In this document: piece after piece, positions 1 through 8,221 of the stretch | How positions within the stretch are numbered: position 1 is the stretch's first letter | How the letters are laid out: every line of letters starts with the position of its first letter | Made by a program: the position numbers and the translations under genes | Origin: an uncultured Acidobacteriaceae bacterium | GTDB lineage: Bacteria; Acidobacteriota; Terriglobia; Terriglobales; Acidobacteriaceae | Length of the DNA stretch: 64,000 nucleotides | Direction: 5' to 3' | NCBI GenBank assembly: GCA_963778255.1 | Contig: CAVZUP010000142.1 | Coordinates: forward strand, 73,938-137,937 | The notes under the pieces: model-generated | Databases searched by the model: none | Told to the model about the DNA's origin: nothing | The model's input: only the letters and a program-made list of their open reading frames with translations

Positions 1-44
1 GGCGCTCGTGACCGTGGACCAGCCCGGGAACTGCCAGTAGCGCC

Positions 45-299
45 TTATTGGTCTTCCAACAATTTGTCCAAGGTGGGCTTGTGCCTCTCCGGCTTGGTCT
101 TCTTCGCCGGAACCAGGCGCGACGGCCTCGGGCTGCCCACACGCTCGCGGGCCATTTCGCGGACTATCTTGGCAGCGGAAAACACCTTTTTCTTGCGCTT
201 GCGTGGCATGGCTATGATCCACGCATCTTCGCACATTCCATCCGCAAAAGTGCAATAATCTGAGGTTGGCGTGTGTGGTGTCATATAAGTTCGAACCAT
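45..299 (-). CDS. small basic hypothetical protein (start uncertain; internal Met at 209 gives MPRKRKKK...)
   Basis: 84-aa ORF in track. C-terminal half is Lys/Arg-rich. Divergent from 356..655. No family recognised. Confidence 0.3.
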   Translation of the reverse strand: MVRTYMTPHTPTSDYCTFADGMCEDAWIIAMPRKRKKKVFSAAKIVREMARERVGSPRPSRLVPAKKTKPERHKPTLDKLLEDQ

Positions 300-355
300 T
301 AATCCATGCGTCCCAAGGGTTCTTGGGATACGCCACAGCTCCGAGGGCCTAATTT

Positions 356-655
356 ATGGATGAGCGGGAATTTTTCGACGAAAAGCAAGACAAGAAACCG
401 GCAAATCTTAGTTGTCCGCATTGCCATCAGTCGGCGGAGTATGAGATCCAATGGCTGGTGCGTATGAAAAAGAAGAGCCTACCGCCGCGGGCGGACGATC
501 GCGACCGCGCAAAGTTCGCCAAGGCGCAGTCCTACATGCTGCGCCGCGACGACATGATGATGTGCAAGAACGTCCGCTGCCGCAAACGCTTTGAGATTAC
601 CAGCGTCCAGAGCGTAGCGTTCTTGCAGGACGGTCTTCCCGACGGTGGCCGTTAA
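356..655 (+). CDS. hypothetical zinc-ribbon-like protein
   Basis: 99-aa ORF with two Cys pairs (CPHC and CKNVRC) about 50 residues apart. Confidence 0.5.
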   Translation: MDEREFFDEKQDKKPANLSCPHCHQSAEYEIQWLVRMKKKSLPPRADDRDRAKFAKAQSYMLRRDDMMMCKNVRCRKRFEITSVQSVAFLQDGLPDGGR

Positions 656-697
656 GCGCATAGCAACGTCCACCGTGATCGCCGAACTTGCCGGTCC

Positions 698-750
698 GTA
701 GCGCCGGCGTCTCGCCGGCTGTCACGTGGGCGTCCCGCCCACGCCGCGAG
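698..750. repeat. twin GC-hairpin REP-like element (GCCGGCG-tct-CGCCGGC and GTGGGCG-tcc-CGCCCAC)
   Basis: Two 7-bp perfect stems with 3-nt loops read directly. A copy about 85% identical lies at 33285..33338. Confidence 0.7.
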
Positions 751-849
751 GAAAGTGAAAGTCCGCGCGCCCCCCATCCCTTGCCCCATCCATTCGTTTA
801 TACTAATGAGTTTCGCCTGTGCCACTTGCCGCTGCAAGGGAGTTAAGCC

Positions 850-1620
850 GTGAAGATCTTGGTTTGCATGAAGCAGGTTCCGCAGAAAGACGCCCCGCTG
901 AAGCTGAATGAAGCGGGAACGTGGATTCGCGAAGATGTCTCCTACGAAGTGAACGAGCCCGACGCCTTTGCCCTGGAAGAGGCGTTGCGGCAGAAGGAAA
1001 AGCACACCGGCGAAGTGGTGGTCGTTACCGCGGGCCCGGCGCGCGCGTCGCAGGTGCTGCGCGAGGCGCTGGCCAAAGGCGCGGACCGTGCCATCCATCT
1101 CGAGGACGATGCCTTTGTCGGCCTCGATGCCTACAACACCGCGCGAGCGATAGCGGCGGCAATAAAAGACGAGAAATTCGACCTGATCTTCACCGGCCTC
1201 CAGTCCGACGATTACGGCTATGCGCAGACCGGCGTAATCCTCGCCCAGATTCTAGGATTGCCACACGCCACCATCATTATGCAGATTGAAAAAACGGATG
1301 CTGGCATCCGCGTGAAGAGGGAACTGGAAGCAGGCTTCTTCCAGTTTGTCGACATGCCGTTGCCGGCCGTGCTGACCATCCAGTCGGGAATCAACAAACT
1401 CCGCTATGCCACACTAATCGGCATCAAGCAGGCCAAGAACAAGCCGCTGCGCAAGGTGACACTAGCGGAAGTGCAGCCGTCGATGGGCGGGAATTTGCAG
1501 AAGATCGAAAAGCTGTACGTGCCGCAAAAATCGAAGAACACCGAATTCCTCGAAGGTCCCCCAGCTGAAGTGGCCAAAAAGCTGGTGGAAAAGTTGAAAA
1601 ACGAAATGCGAGTCATTTGA
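850..1620 (+). CDS. etfB: electron transfer flavoprotein beta subunit
   Basis: MKILVCMKQVP... N-terminus and overall EtfB-like sequence. GTG start. Immediately followed by etfA. Confidence 0.9.
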   Translation: MKILVCMKQVPQKDAPLKLNEAGTWIREDVSYEVNEPDAFALEEALRQKEKHTGEVVVVTAGPARASQVLREALAKGADRAIHLEDDAFVGLDAYNTARAIAAAIKDEKFDLIFTGLQSDDYGYAQTGVILAQILGLPHATIIMQIEKTDAGIRVKRELEAGFFQFVDMPLPAVLTIQSGINKLRYATLIGIKQAKNKPLRKVTLAEVQPSMGGNLQKIEKLYVPQKSKNTEFLEGPPAEVAKKLVEKLKNEMRVI

Positions 1621-1630
1621 GAACTCATTT

Positions 1631-2620
1631 ATGGCTGACACTATTCTGGTAGTCATCGAACAGCGCGAAGGAAAACTGAACCGCGTCTCCTGGGAAACCA
1701 TTGCCGCCGGGCAGGCGATTGCAGCGCAAACCGGATGCACCCTGGAAGCCGGCGTGGTCGGCTCAGGCGTAGCTGCGATCGCAAACGAAGTCGCGGCGAA
1801 GAAGCTGGCCAAGGTCTACGACATCGAGTCGGCCAAACTCGAACCCTACACGCCCGACGCATTTGCGCACGCATTGCAGCAGTTTCTGTGGAAGCATCCG
1901 GCAAAGCTGGTATTGATGCCGCATACCTACCAGGTGCGCGATTTCGTGCCCAAGCTGGCGACGGCCTTGCAGACCACAGCCATCAGCGACGTGATCGGCG
2001 TCAGGCATGAAAACGGCAAACTGCTATTCACAAGGCAAATGTTCCAGGGAAAATTCGTAGCCGATGTAAGTTTCGCCGGCTCGGGTCCCTGCTTCGTGAC
2101 CTTCCAAAACGGCTCCTTCCGCGCCGACAAAGTCGAAGCAGGAGCGGCCGCAGCGCCAGTCGAGACGGTCAATGTCGATATTCCCGATGGCGTCATCCGC
2201 AACCACCCCCAGGAAGTCTTCAAGGAAGCCAAACAAGCCGTCGATCTGACTCAGGCCGAAATCATTGTCTCGGTGGGCCGCGGCATCAAAGAGCAGAAGA
2301 ACATCGACCTGGCCAGGCAGCTCGCGGATGCGCTAGGCGGCGATCTCGCCGCGTCCCGTCCGATCTGCGACAACGGATGGCTCCCCATGGACCGCCAGGT
2401 AGGATCGTCGGGTCAAACCGTTGCCCCGAAACTCTATCTGGCGCTCGGAATCTCAGGCGCAATCCAGCACATCGTAGGGATGAAAGGCTCGCGCAGCATC
2501 GTGGCCATCAACAAAGACTCCGAAGCCCCGATTTTTGAGATCGCGGATTATGCCATCGTAGGAAACTTGTTCGACATCGTGCCGCCGCTGATTGAGGAAG
2601 TGAAGAAGGCGAAAGGGTAA
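1631..2620 (+). CDS. etfA: electron transfer flavoprotein alpha subunit
   Basis: 329 aa. C-terminal FAD-binding region ([20 protein letters not shown]) is typical of EtfA. Confidence 0.9.
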   Translation: MADTILVVIEQREGKLNRVSWETIAAGQAIAAQTGCTLEAGVVGSGVAAIANEVAAKKLAKVYDIESAKLEPYTPDAFAHALQQFLWKHPAKLVLMPHTYQVRDFVPKLATALQTTAISDVIGVRHENGKLLFTRQMFQGKFVADVSFAGSGPCFVTFQNGSFRADKVEAGAAAAPVETVNVDIPDGVIRNHPQEVFKEAKQAVDLTQAEIIVSVGRGIKEQKNIDLARQLADALGGDLAASRPICDNGWLPMDRQVGSSGQTVAPKLYLALGISGAIQHIVGMKGSRSIVAINKDSEAPIFEIADYAIVGNLFDIVPPLIEEVKKAKG

Positions 2621-2654
2621 GGTTTCAAAGTTTCAGGGTCGCAAGGTTTCAAGG
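2621..2654. repeat. GTTTCAAGG-type short tandem units
   Basis: ggtttcaaagtttcagggtcgcaaggtttcaagg directly after the etfA stop. Same unit family as 5018..5036, 16841..16985 and 24443..24681. Confidence 0.6.
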
Positions 2655-2779
2655 AAAGTGCACGGATTTACAAGTAGCGCAAGAACCAAAATGTCTGCGT
2701 GATAAAGTCAAGCCCCGCCGGGACGACCCGATCCCGTCTCCCGAAGGAACCCGCCCCAAGTTGTTCATCTGAAGAAAGC

Positions 2780-3691
2780 TTACTCGCCCGTGGTAAACCC
2801 GCCAACCTGCGCCACGGTCAGCCGCAGATACTTGTAGGGGTTTACCGGCACGTCGTTGATGCGGACTTCGTAGTGGAGGTGCGGCCCGGTAGAGCGTCCG
2901 CTCTGGCCGACGTAGCCGATGGTGTCGCCGCGGTGAACGTATTGTCCGGCGGTGACGGCGAAGCTGGAAAGATGCCCGTAGCGGGTGGAGATGCCATGCC
3001 CGTGGTCAACCATGATGGCGCGTCCGTACCCGCCCTCAAAGTCGGCAAAAGTAACCAGGCCGTCGGCAGGAGCGATCACGGGCGACCCGACGCTGGCCGA
3101 AATATCGACACCGGAGTGGAACGCGCCTTCTCCGTTGAATGGATCAATGCGCTCGCCAAATGAGCCTGTGACCTGGCCTTCGACCGGCCAGAGGTTTGGA
3201 GCCGAATTGGCGCGCAGCCAATCCGCCGTGGTCGAGTTCTTGGTGAGCCCGAGCGAGATGCCCACGCTAGCCGCTCCGCTCAGGGCCGTGTGTTTCAACG
3301 CGTAAAGCTGGTCGAGCGAAGAGTGGACTTGCGCTTCCTGAATCTGCTCGGTCGAGGCCGCAACCATCGCCGGATCGGACTTGAGCCCGTAAAGTGCCGA
3401 TACCTCGCTGGCCAGCGAGCCCAGCGAAGCCACCTGAATGTCTCGTTCCTTGGCCACCAACTCCAGCCGCGAATAGTTGTCCTTGAGCTGGGCATGTTCG
3501 GTGCGGAGCTGGTTGTAGTGCTCCACTTTCGCCAGCATGCGCGTATAAGAGCTGGCAATGCCCGTCAGGCTGAGCAGCCCGATCGCCAGCCCCGCCAGCA
3601 GAACGTACAAATATTGCACGGGAATCGAGATCTTACGAAGCTGTCCTGCTTCGTCGCGTGCTACGAAAAAGATGTAGAAACGTTTACGCAA
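2780..3691 (-). CDS. M23 family (LytM-type) metallopeptidase with N-terminal membrane anchor and coiled-coil
   Basis: HSGVDISA...GSPVIAPADG...GHLSS...GPHLHYEV motifs of peptidase M23. Confidence 0.85.
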   Translation of the reverse strand: MRKRFYIFFVARDEAGQLRKISIPVQYLYVLLAGLAIGLLSLTGIASSYTRMLAKVEHYNQLRTEHAQLKDNYSRLELVAKERDIQVASLGSLASEVSALYGLKSDPAMVAASTEQIQEAQVHSSLDQLYALKHTALSGAASVGISLGLTKNSTTADWLRANSAPNLWPVEGQVTGSFGERIDPFNGEGAFHSGVDISASVGSPVIAPADGLVTFADFEGGYGRAIMVDHGHGISTRYGHLSSFAVTAGQYVHRGDTIGYVGQSGRSTGPHLHYEVRINDVPVNPYKYLRLTVAQVGGFTTGE

Positions 3692-4064
3692 TATCCTACT
3701 TCCGCTACGCGAATTTTTGTTCGGAATCCTGCCGGAGCGAGAACTGTCACGCTCAGGCTCGGAATCCTGATTCCACCAGCCGCATTAGGAGCAGGCTGGC
3801 ACTTTCCAATACCACGGAACCAGGCAGGCCTAACCAGTCTTGGCTGCAACTGATTCACGTTGCAGTACTTGGTTCGGCAAAGTCTTTGTGAACGGCGAAT
3901 TAAAAGGTAACAAACCTGGTTCCCCCTGTCAACCTCGGTACGTCCCTTTGTGCGGTTACCAAGGCAGCGTAATTGGAGCTGCCCACCCGGCCAGATTACT
4001 CTGGTAAGCCTTCACCCAGCCGCCGGCAGGAGGGCCGCAGCAGGACCGCCGAAGCAGCGTTATA

Positions 4065-5030
4065 GTGGTCAAAATGGTGTTAAGCGAGAAGAAGCTCATC
4101 CAGCAGATCCGCCGCCGGGCCCGCGGAGGCCCGTCGGTGTTGACCGGCATCGGCGATGACTGCGCCGTGCTGCGCGTTCCTCCGGGACACGAGCTGCTGG
4201 TGACCACCGATTTCTCCATCGAGAACGTGCACTTTCGCCGTGACTGGCACCCTCCGGAATGGATAGGCCGTCGCTGCCTGACTCGCGGGCTGAGCGACAT
4301 CGCGGCAATGGGTGGCGAGCCTTGCGCGGCATTTCTATCCTTGGCCGTTGCCTGCGGCGTCCCGCAAAAGTGGGTGGACCGCTTCCTGAAGGGCCTGCTC
4401 GATCTCGCGGACGAATTCCATGTCCCGCTGGCCGGTGGCGACACAGCGCAGTCGCCCGCAGGCATTCAGGCGGATATCGTAGTCGTTGGCTCGGTGCCCA
4501 AGGGGAAGGCCGTTTTGCGGTCAGGCGCGCAGCCGGGCGAGCATGTCTATGTCACCGGCGAGTTGGGACGCTCCGCCGCCACGTTCTCGCATCTGAAGTC
4601 GGCGAGCGCCGAGCACTCCAGGCAATCCCGCACTCGAGGCGAGCCCCAAGCGCGGCTAGCCGTCGGCCAGATCCTGCGACGGCGCGGACTGGCTTCGGCG
4701 ATGATCGACGTGAGCGACGGCCTCTCCACCGATCTTGAACACATCTGCCAGGAGAGCCATGTGGGCGCGGAAATTGAAGCCGAATCGATTCCCAGAGCGC
4801 AGTTCGGCAAGAGTCTGGTCGCGCTGGATTTTGCCTTGCACGGCGGCGATGACTACGAACTCCTGTTCACCTCCGCCGCGAAAATCCCCAAAGAGATAGC
4901 CGGAGTTCGCATAACGCGCATAGGGCGAATCAAACGTTCCGCAGGCATGAGGCTGATCGGCCCCGACGGCAAAGCCAGGCCGCTCGCGGCGAGAGGCTGG
5001 GAACACTTCAAAGGCAATTTGAAACCTTGA
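4065..5030 (+). CDS. thiL: thiamine-monophosphate kinase
   Basis: GIGDDCAVL, TTDFSIENVHF and AIR-synthase-like fold motifs. Start could be 4065, 4074 or 4077. Confidence 0.85.
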   Translation: MVKMVLSEKKLIQQIRRRARGGPSVLTGIGDDCAVLRVPPGHELLVTTDFSIENVHFRRDWHPPEWIGRRCLTRGLSDIAAMGGEPCAAFLSLAVACGVPQKWVDRFLKGLLDLADEFHVPLAGGDTAQSPAGIQADIVVVGSVPKGKAVLRSGAQPGEHVYVTGELGRSAATFSHLKSASAEHSRQSRTRGEPQARLAVGQILRRRGLASAMIDVSDGLSTDLEHICQESHVGAEIEAESIPRAQFGKSLVALDFALHGGDDYELLFTSAAKIPKEIAGVRITRIGRIKRSAGMRLIGPDGKARPLAARGWEHFKGNLKP

Positions 5031-5095
5031 AACCTGCTTCCTCCTGTGACTTTCGTTACCTGCCCGTGGTCACCTCCAGGGACTAAAGTAGGCGA

Positions 5096-5668
5096 ATGAG
5101 AAAAGCTTTTTTCCTCCTGGCGTTCAGTGTCGCGATCTTGCTTCCAGCTCTTGGCCAGACTGCGCCGGCCGACCGCGGGGTAGACAACGAGTTTGTGCAG
5201 CAGCAGTTTGGCGATCAGTTCACGATGCTGCCCGGCGTGGCCGCGGCCTTCGGTGATCTGGATGGTGACGGTGTGGAAGACGTCATCATCGCCGCGCGCT
5301 GCAAGAATCCCATGCTTGATCAGGCCGAGCACAATTACACGGTGATCGACCCCTACTACGAATTCTTCGGCTATGGCGACCCCAAGGTGACGACCACGTT
5401 CAGCGAAGGCGATCCCACGCGGCGCGGCCTGGTGGTGCTCATCATTCACGGCGCGGGCAAGGACGGCTGGCGTTCGGCAGCTCCGAAAGCTAAATACGTC
5501 ATTGTGAATCTGCCTTATAAAACCGTTTCCATCAGAAAAATGCATCTGAAAAAGAAAAACATCGAAGCCGTATACGTGGAAGAATCAGGCGAAACGGGAG
5601 AGAGCTCGGCCCTGTTCTTCGACGGCAAGAAATTCCGCTACGTCCCCATGGGCGGAGACATGCAGTAG
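5096..5668 (+). CDS. secreted hypothetical protein (signal peptide; one FG-GAP-like DLDGDGVEDV segment)
   Basis: N-terminal MRKAFFLLAFSVAILLPALGQ signal-like sequence. No family recognised. Confidence 0.55.
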   Translation: MRKAFFLLAFSVAILLPALGQTAPADRGVDNEFVQQQFGDQFTMLPGVAAAFGDLDGDGVEDVIIAARCKNPMLDQAEHNYTVIDPYYEFFGYGDPKVTTTFSEGDPTRRGLVVLIIHGAGKDGWRSAAPKAKYVIVNLPYKTVSIRKMHLKKKNIEAVYVEESGETGESSALFFDGKKFRYVPMGGDMQ

Positions 5669-5724
5669 AGATCGGCTCTCAGCTGTCAGCCATCAGTCCC
5701 CAACCCCAACCCACCGTGTGACCC

Positions 5725-5752
5725 GTGTGGCGCGGACACTCCTGTCCGCGGC
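5725..5752. repeat. GC hairpin plus CCACAC tail (reverse orientation): GTGTGG-CGCGGACA-ctcc-TGTCCGCG
   Basis: 8-bp stem read directly. Same architecture at 34071..34096 and 46021..46046. Confidence 0.65.
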
Positions 5753-5850
5753 TTTTGACTTCGTTTCTTGACCTCGATCTTCCCAGAAAACAATCCAAGA
5801 CACCACAAAGCTATTCATTCCCGCGCCAGTTTCCGCTACGATCTCAACCG

Positions 5851-7328
5851 ATGAGCTCCGCGCGCAAACCGTCCTCGCTGCTGGACACCAGAGTCATCTA
5901 CTGCGGCGACAACCTCGACCAGCTCGCCAAGCTCCCGGACCGCTGCGTCGACCTGATCTACATCGACCCGCCCTTCAATTCCAACCGCAACTATGAAGTC
6001 TTCTGGGGAGAGACCAAGGAGAAGCGCTCGTTCGACGATCGCCACGCGTCCACCCAGGCCTACATCGAATTCATGCGCCCGCGCTGCGAGCAACTCGCCC
6101 GCGTCCTCAAAGGCACGGGCAGCTTTTACTATCACTGCGACTGGCACGCCAGTCACTACGTCAAGGTGATGCTCGACCAGCTCTTCGGCGAGATGAACTT
6201 CCAAAACGAGATCGTCTGGAAGCGGACGAGCAGCCACAGTGACGCGCGTCGCCGTTTCGGCGATCAAACGGACGCCATTTTCTTCTACGGGATCGGTCGC
6301 GACTACACCTTCAACCGACAGCACGTCGAGTATTCCGAGGCCTACATCAAGTCGCACTACAGCAACGTCGATCCAGACGGGCGAAGATTCACCACGCGCG
6401 ACCTCCGCAGCCCATCACCACGCCCAAACCTCACGTACGACTACAAAGGCTACAAGCCTCATCCCAACGGTTGGTCGATCTCGCGGGAACTCATGGCCCA
6501 GTGGGATCAAGAGGGCAAGCTGTACTTCCCGCAATCAAAGGACGGCCGCATCCGCGTGAAGCGATACCTCGACGAAATGCCCGGCACGCTCGTCGGCAAC
6601 GTGTGGGACGACATCGAACCGGTCAATTCCCAAGCGGCAGAGCGCCTAGGCTATCCGACACAAAAGCCCCTTGCACTTCTGGACCGGATCATCAGAGCTT
6701 CGTCCAACGAAAACGACATCGTGCTCGACGCCTTCTGCGGGTGCGGGACTGCGCTCGTCGCTGCTCAGAACCTCGGCCGCCAGTGGATCGGAATCGATCA
6801 GTCCCCCACAGCCTGCGCGTCATGGCGAAGCGCCTCCGCAAAGACTGCAAATTTCCCGAAGACGAGAAGCTCTGGGAAATCGGGCGCGGATTCATCGTCC
6901 GCGATCTCCCGTGGACCGTCGAGAAGCTCCGCAAAATTCCACCGTTCGAATTCGAGAACTGGGCTGTCATCGCTCTCGGCGGGATCCCAAACAAAGCCCA
7001 GGTCGGAGACATGGGCATCGACGGACGCATCTATCCGCTCTCGTCGATCCCGCAGAAAAGCGGCAAAGCGGCCGGCGAGCTCGACTTCATGGACGTCTGG
7101 TATCCCCTGCAGGTGAAGCAGAAGGACAAAGCAGGCCGCCCCGATATCGACATGTTCGAAGCCGTCATGATGCGCGAGAACCGCACCAAAGGCTTCTTCA
7201 TCTCGTTCGACTTCACCAGCGACGCGCTGCACGAGATCGGGGCATTCTTCAAGCGCGAGCACAAAGTGATCGTCCCGCTAACCGTGCAAGAGATCCTAGA
7301 CGAGAGCATCGCCCAAAAGCTGGCGTGA
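5851..7328 (+). pseudogene. beta-class N4/N6 DNA methyltransferase fused to Mrr-cat-like PD-(D/E)xK domain, interrupted by a 1-nt frameshift near 6816
   Basis: Frame 1: IYIDPPFNSN (DPPF motif) ... DAFCGCGTALVAA ... GIDQSPTAC, then nonsense. Frame 3 continues RVMAKRL... with GDMGIDGRIY and YPLQVKQK nuclease-like motifs through to the stop at 7328. Confidence 0.6.
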
Positions 7329-7440
7329 TCCGGGAGCGCCCCACCTCTGACCCCTGACCCGTTTCATCACAAACCCACCCCAAGAAATCTCAATAAATCT
7401 GTTGACTTAAGCCCAGTCGTGCGCAACCATGAACGTCTAA

Positions 7441-7497
7441 TTGGGGCAGTTACGAGGCACGTCCGTCAATAGAAGACGGACCTCGCAGCTGCCCCAA
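7441..7497. other. 57-nt imperfect hairpin (9+4+7 bp stems)
   Basis: ttggggcag/ctgccccaa, cgag/ctcg and gtccgtc/gacggac pairings read directly. Lies in a 380-nt AT-richer ORF-poor spacer. Confidence 0.5.
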
Positions 7498-7621
7498 GGC
7501 CATCTTCAGCGCTCTTTGACAAGTTAACTCCTTATTCCCGAGTACTTTCCATGTAAGTCTTTATTATGGAATACTTTGCAGATGCTTATCGCTAAACCGC
7601 TAATTCTAATGGACCTAGCGA

Positions 7622-7649
7622 GGGGGTGGGGGGGGTAGGGGGGGTGGGG
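7622..7649 (+). other. G-quadruplex-forming tract G5-T-G8-TA-G7-T-G4
   Basis: Four G runs of at least 4 with 1-2-nt loops, 60 nt upstream of the ACT-domain gene. Confidence 0.6.
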
Positions 7650-7709
7650 TACGTCGCCCAGCTCTCCATCGGCAGTTTCGCAGACTGATGTAGTAATCTC
7701 CTCTCTGAA

Positions 7710-8111
7710 TTGCCTCACCACTTAAAATGCCGCGTTCTTGCGGAGCGGCTGGCGGTGTGTCAGCTTGCCTCCGACGCCGCCATCCCGGCCTGGGCGCTGG
7801 AGTGTAGATTCTTTTGCGTGGTGCGCACCTGCGATGAGCTTTCCATTGTGTGCTCTGAGGATGTCTGTTCGGAGGATCGAATTCCGGATGGGGCGCGCGA
7901 GCGCGGATGGGTGGCGCTAAAGCTCGAAGGTCCGTTCCCGTTTTCGATGACCGGCGTGCTCGCGTCGTTCCTGCAACCGCTGGCGATGGCGCAGATTCCG
8001 ATTTTTGCGATTTCCACGTTTGATACAGATTATGTGCTGATCAAGCACGAGAGCTTCGCGGCTGCGGTCGCTGCGCTGGGCTCGGCGGGGCACGAACTGG
8101 CTGTGGATTAG
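7710..8111 (+). CDS. ACT-domain (ACT_7-like) protein
   Basis: LAVCQL...WVALKLEGPFPFSMTGVLASFLQPLAMAQIPIFAISTFDTDYVLIK pattern, typical of small ACT_7 proteins. TTG start is uncertain. Confidence 0.6.
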   Translation: MPHHLKCRVLAERLAVCQLASDAAIPAWALECRFFCVVRTCDELSIVCSEDVCSEDRIPDGARERGWVALKLEGPFPFSMTGVLASFLQPLAMAQIPIFAISTFDTDYVLIKHESFAAAVAALGSAGHELAVD

Positions 8112-8221
8112 CGTAGGTGACCCGTGGCTTGGCTGGGTTGCCACTCAACCCCGTTTTTCCGCCGAACGCTGCGGTCGATTGGGCATCGCGCCGGTTGCTG
8201 TGGTGAAATAGAAGCATCGCG

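Noticed and set aside
3692-4064. Possible TPP riboswitch or other RNA in the 373-nt divergent spacer upstream of thiL.
   Set aside because: I could not find the TPP-box features (CUGAGA ... ACCUGA) or SRP/RNase P/tmRNA signature strings. Only small local hairpins are present (for example ctgcaac-N8-gttgcag). It remains unassigned.
5725-5850. N-terminal extension of the methyltransferase ORF (MWRGHSCPRLL...).
   Set aside because: The GTG start lies inside a palindromic repeat copy. Methyltransferase-like sequence begins after the ATG at 5851.
7524-7721. 65-aa ORF on the minus strand (PHPPYPPHP...).
   Set aside because: The Pro-rich stretch is just the complement of the G-quadruplex tract. 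There are no supporting coding features.
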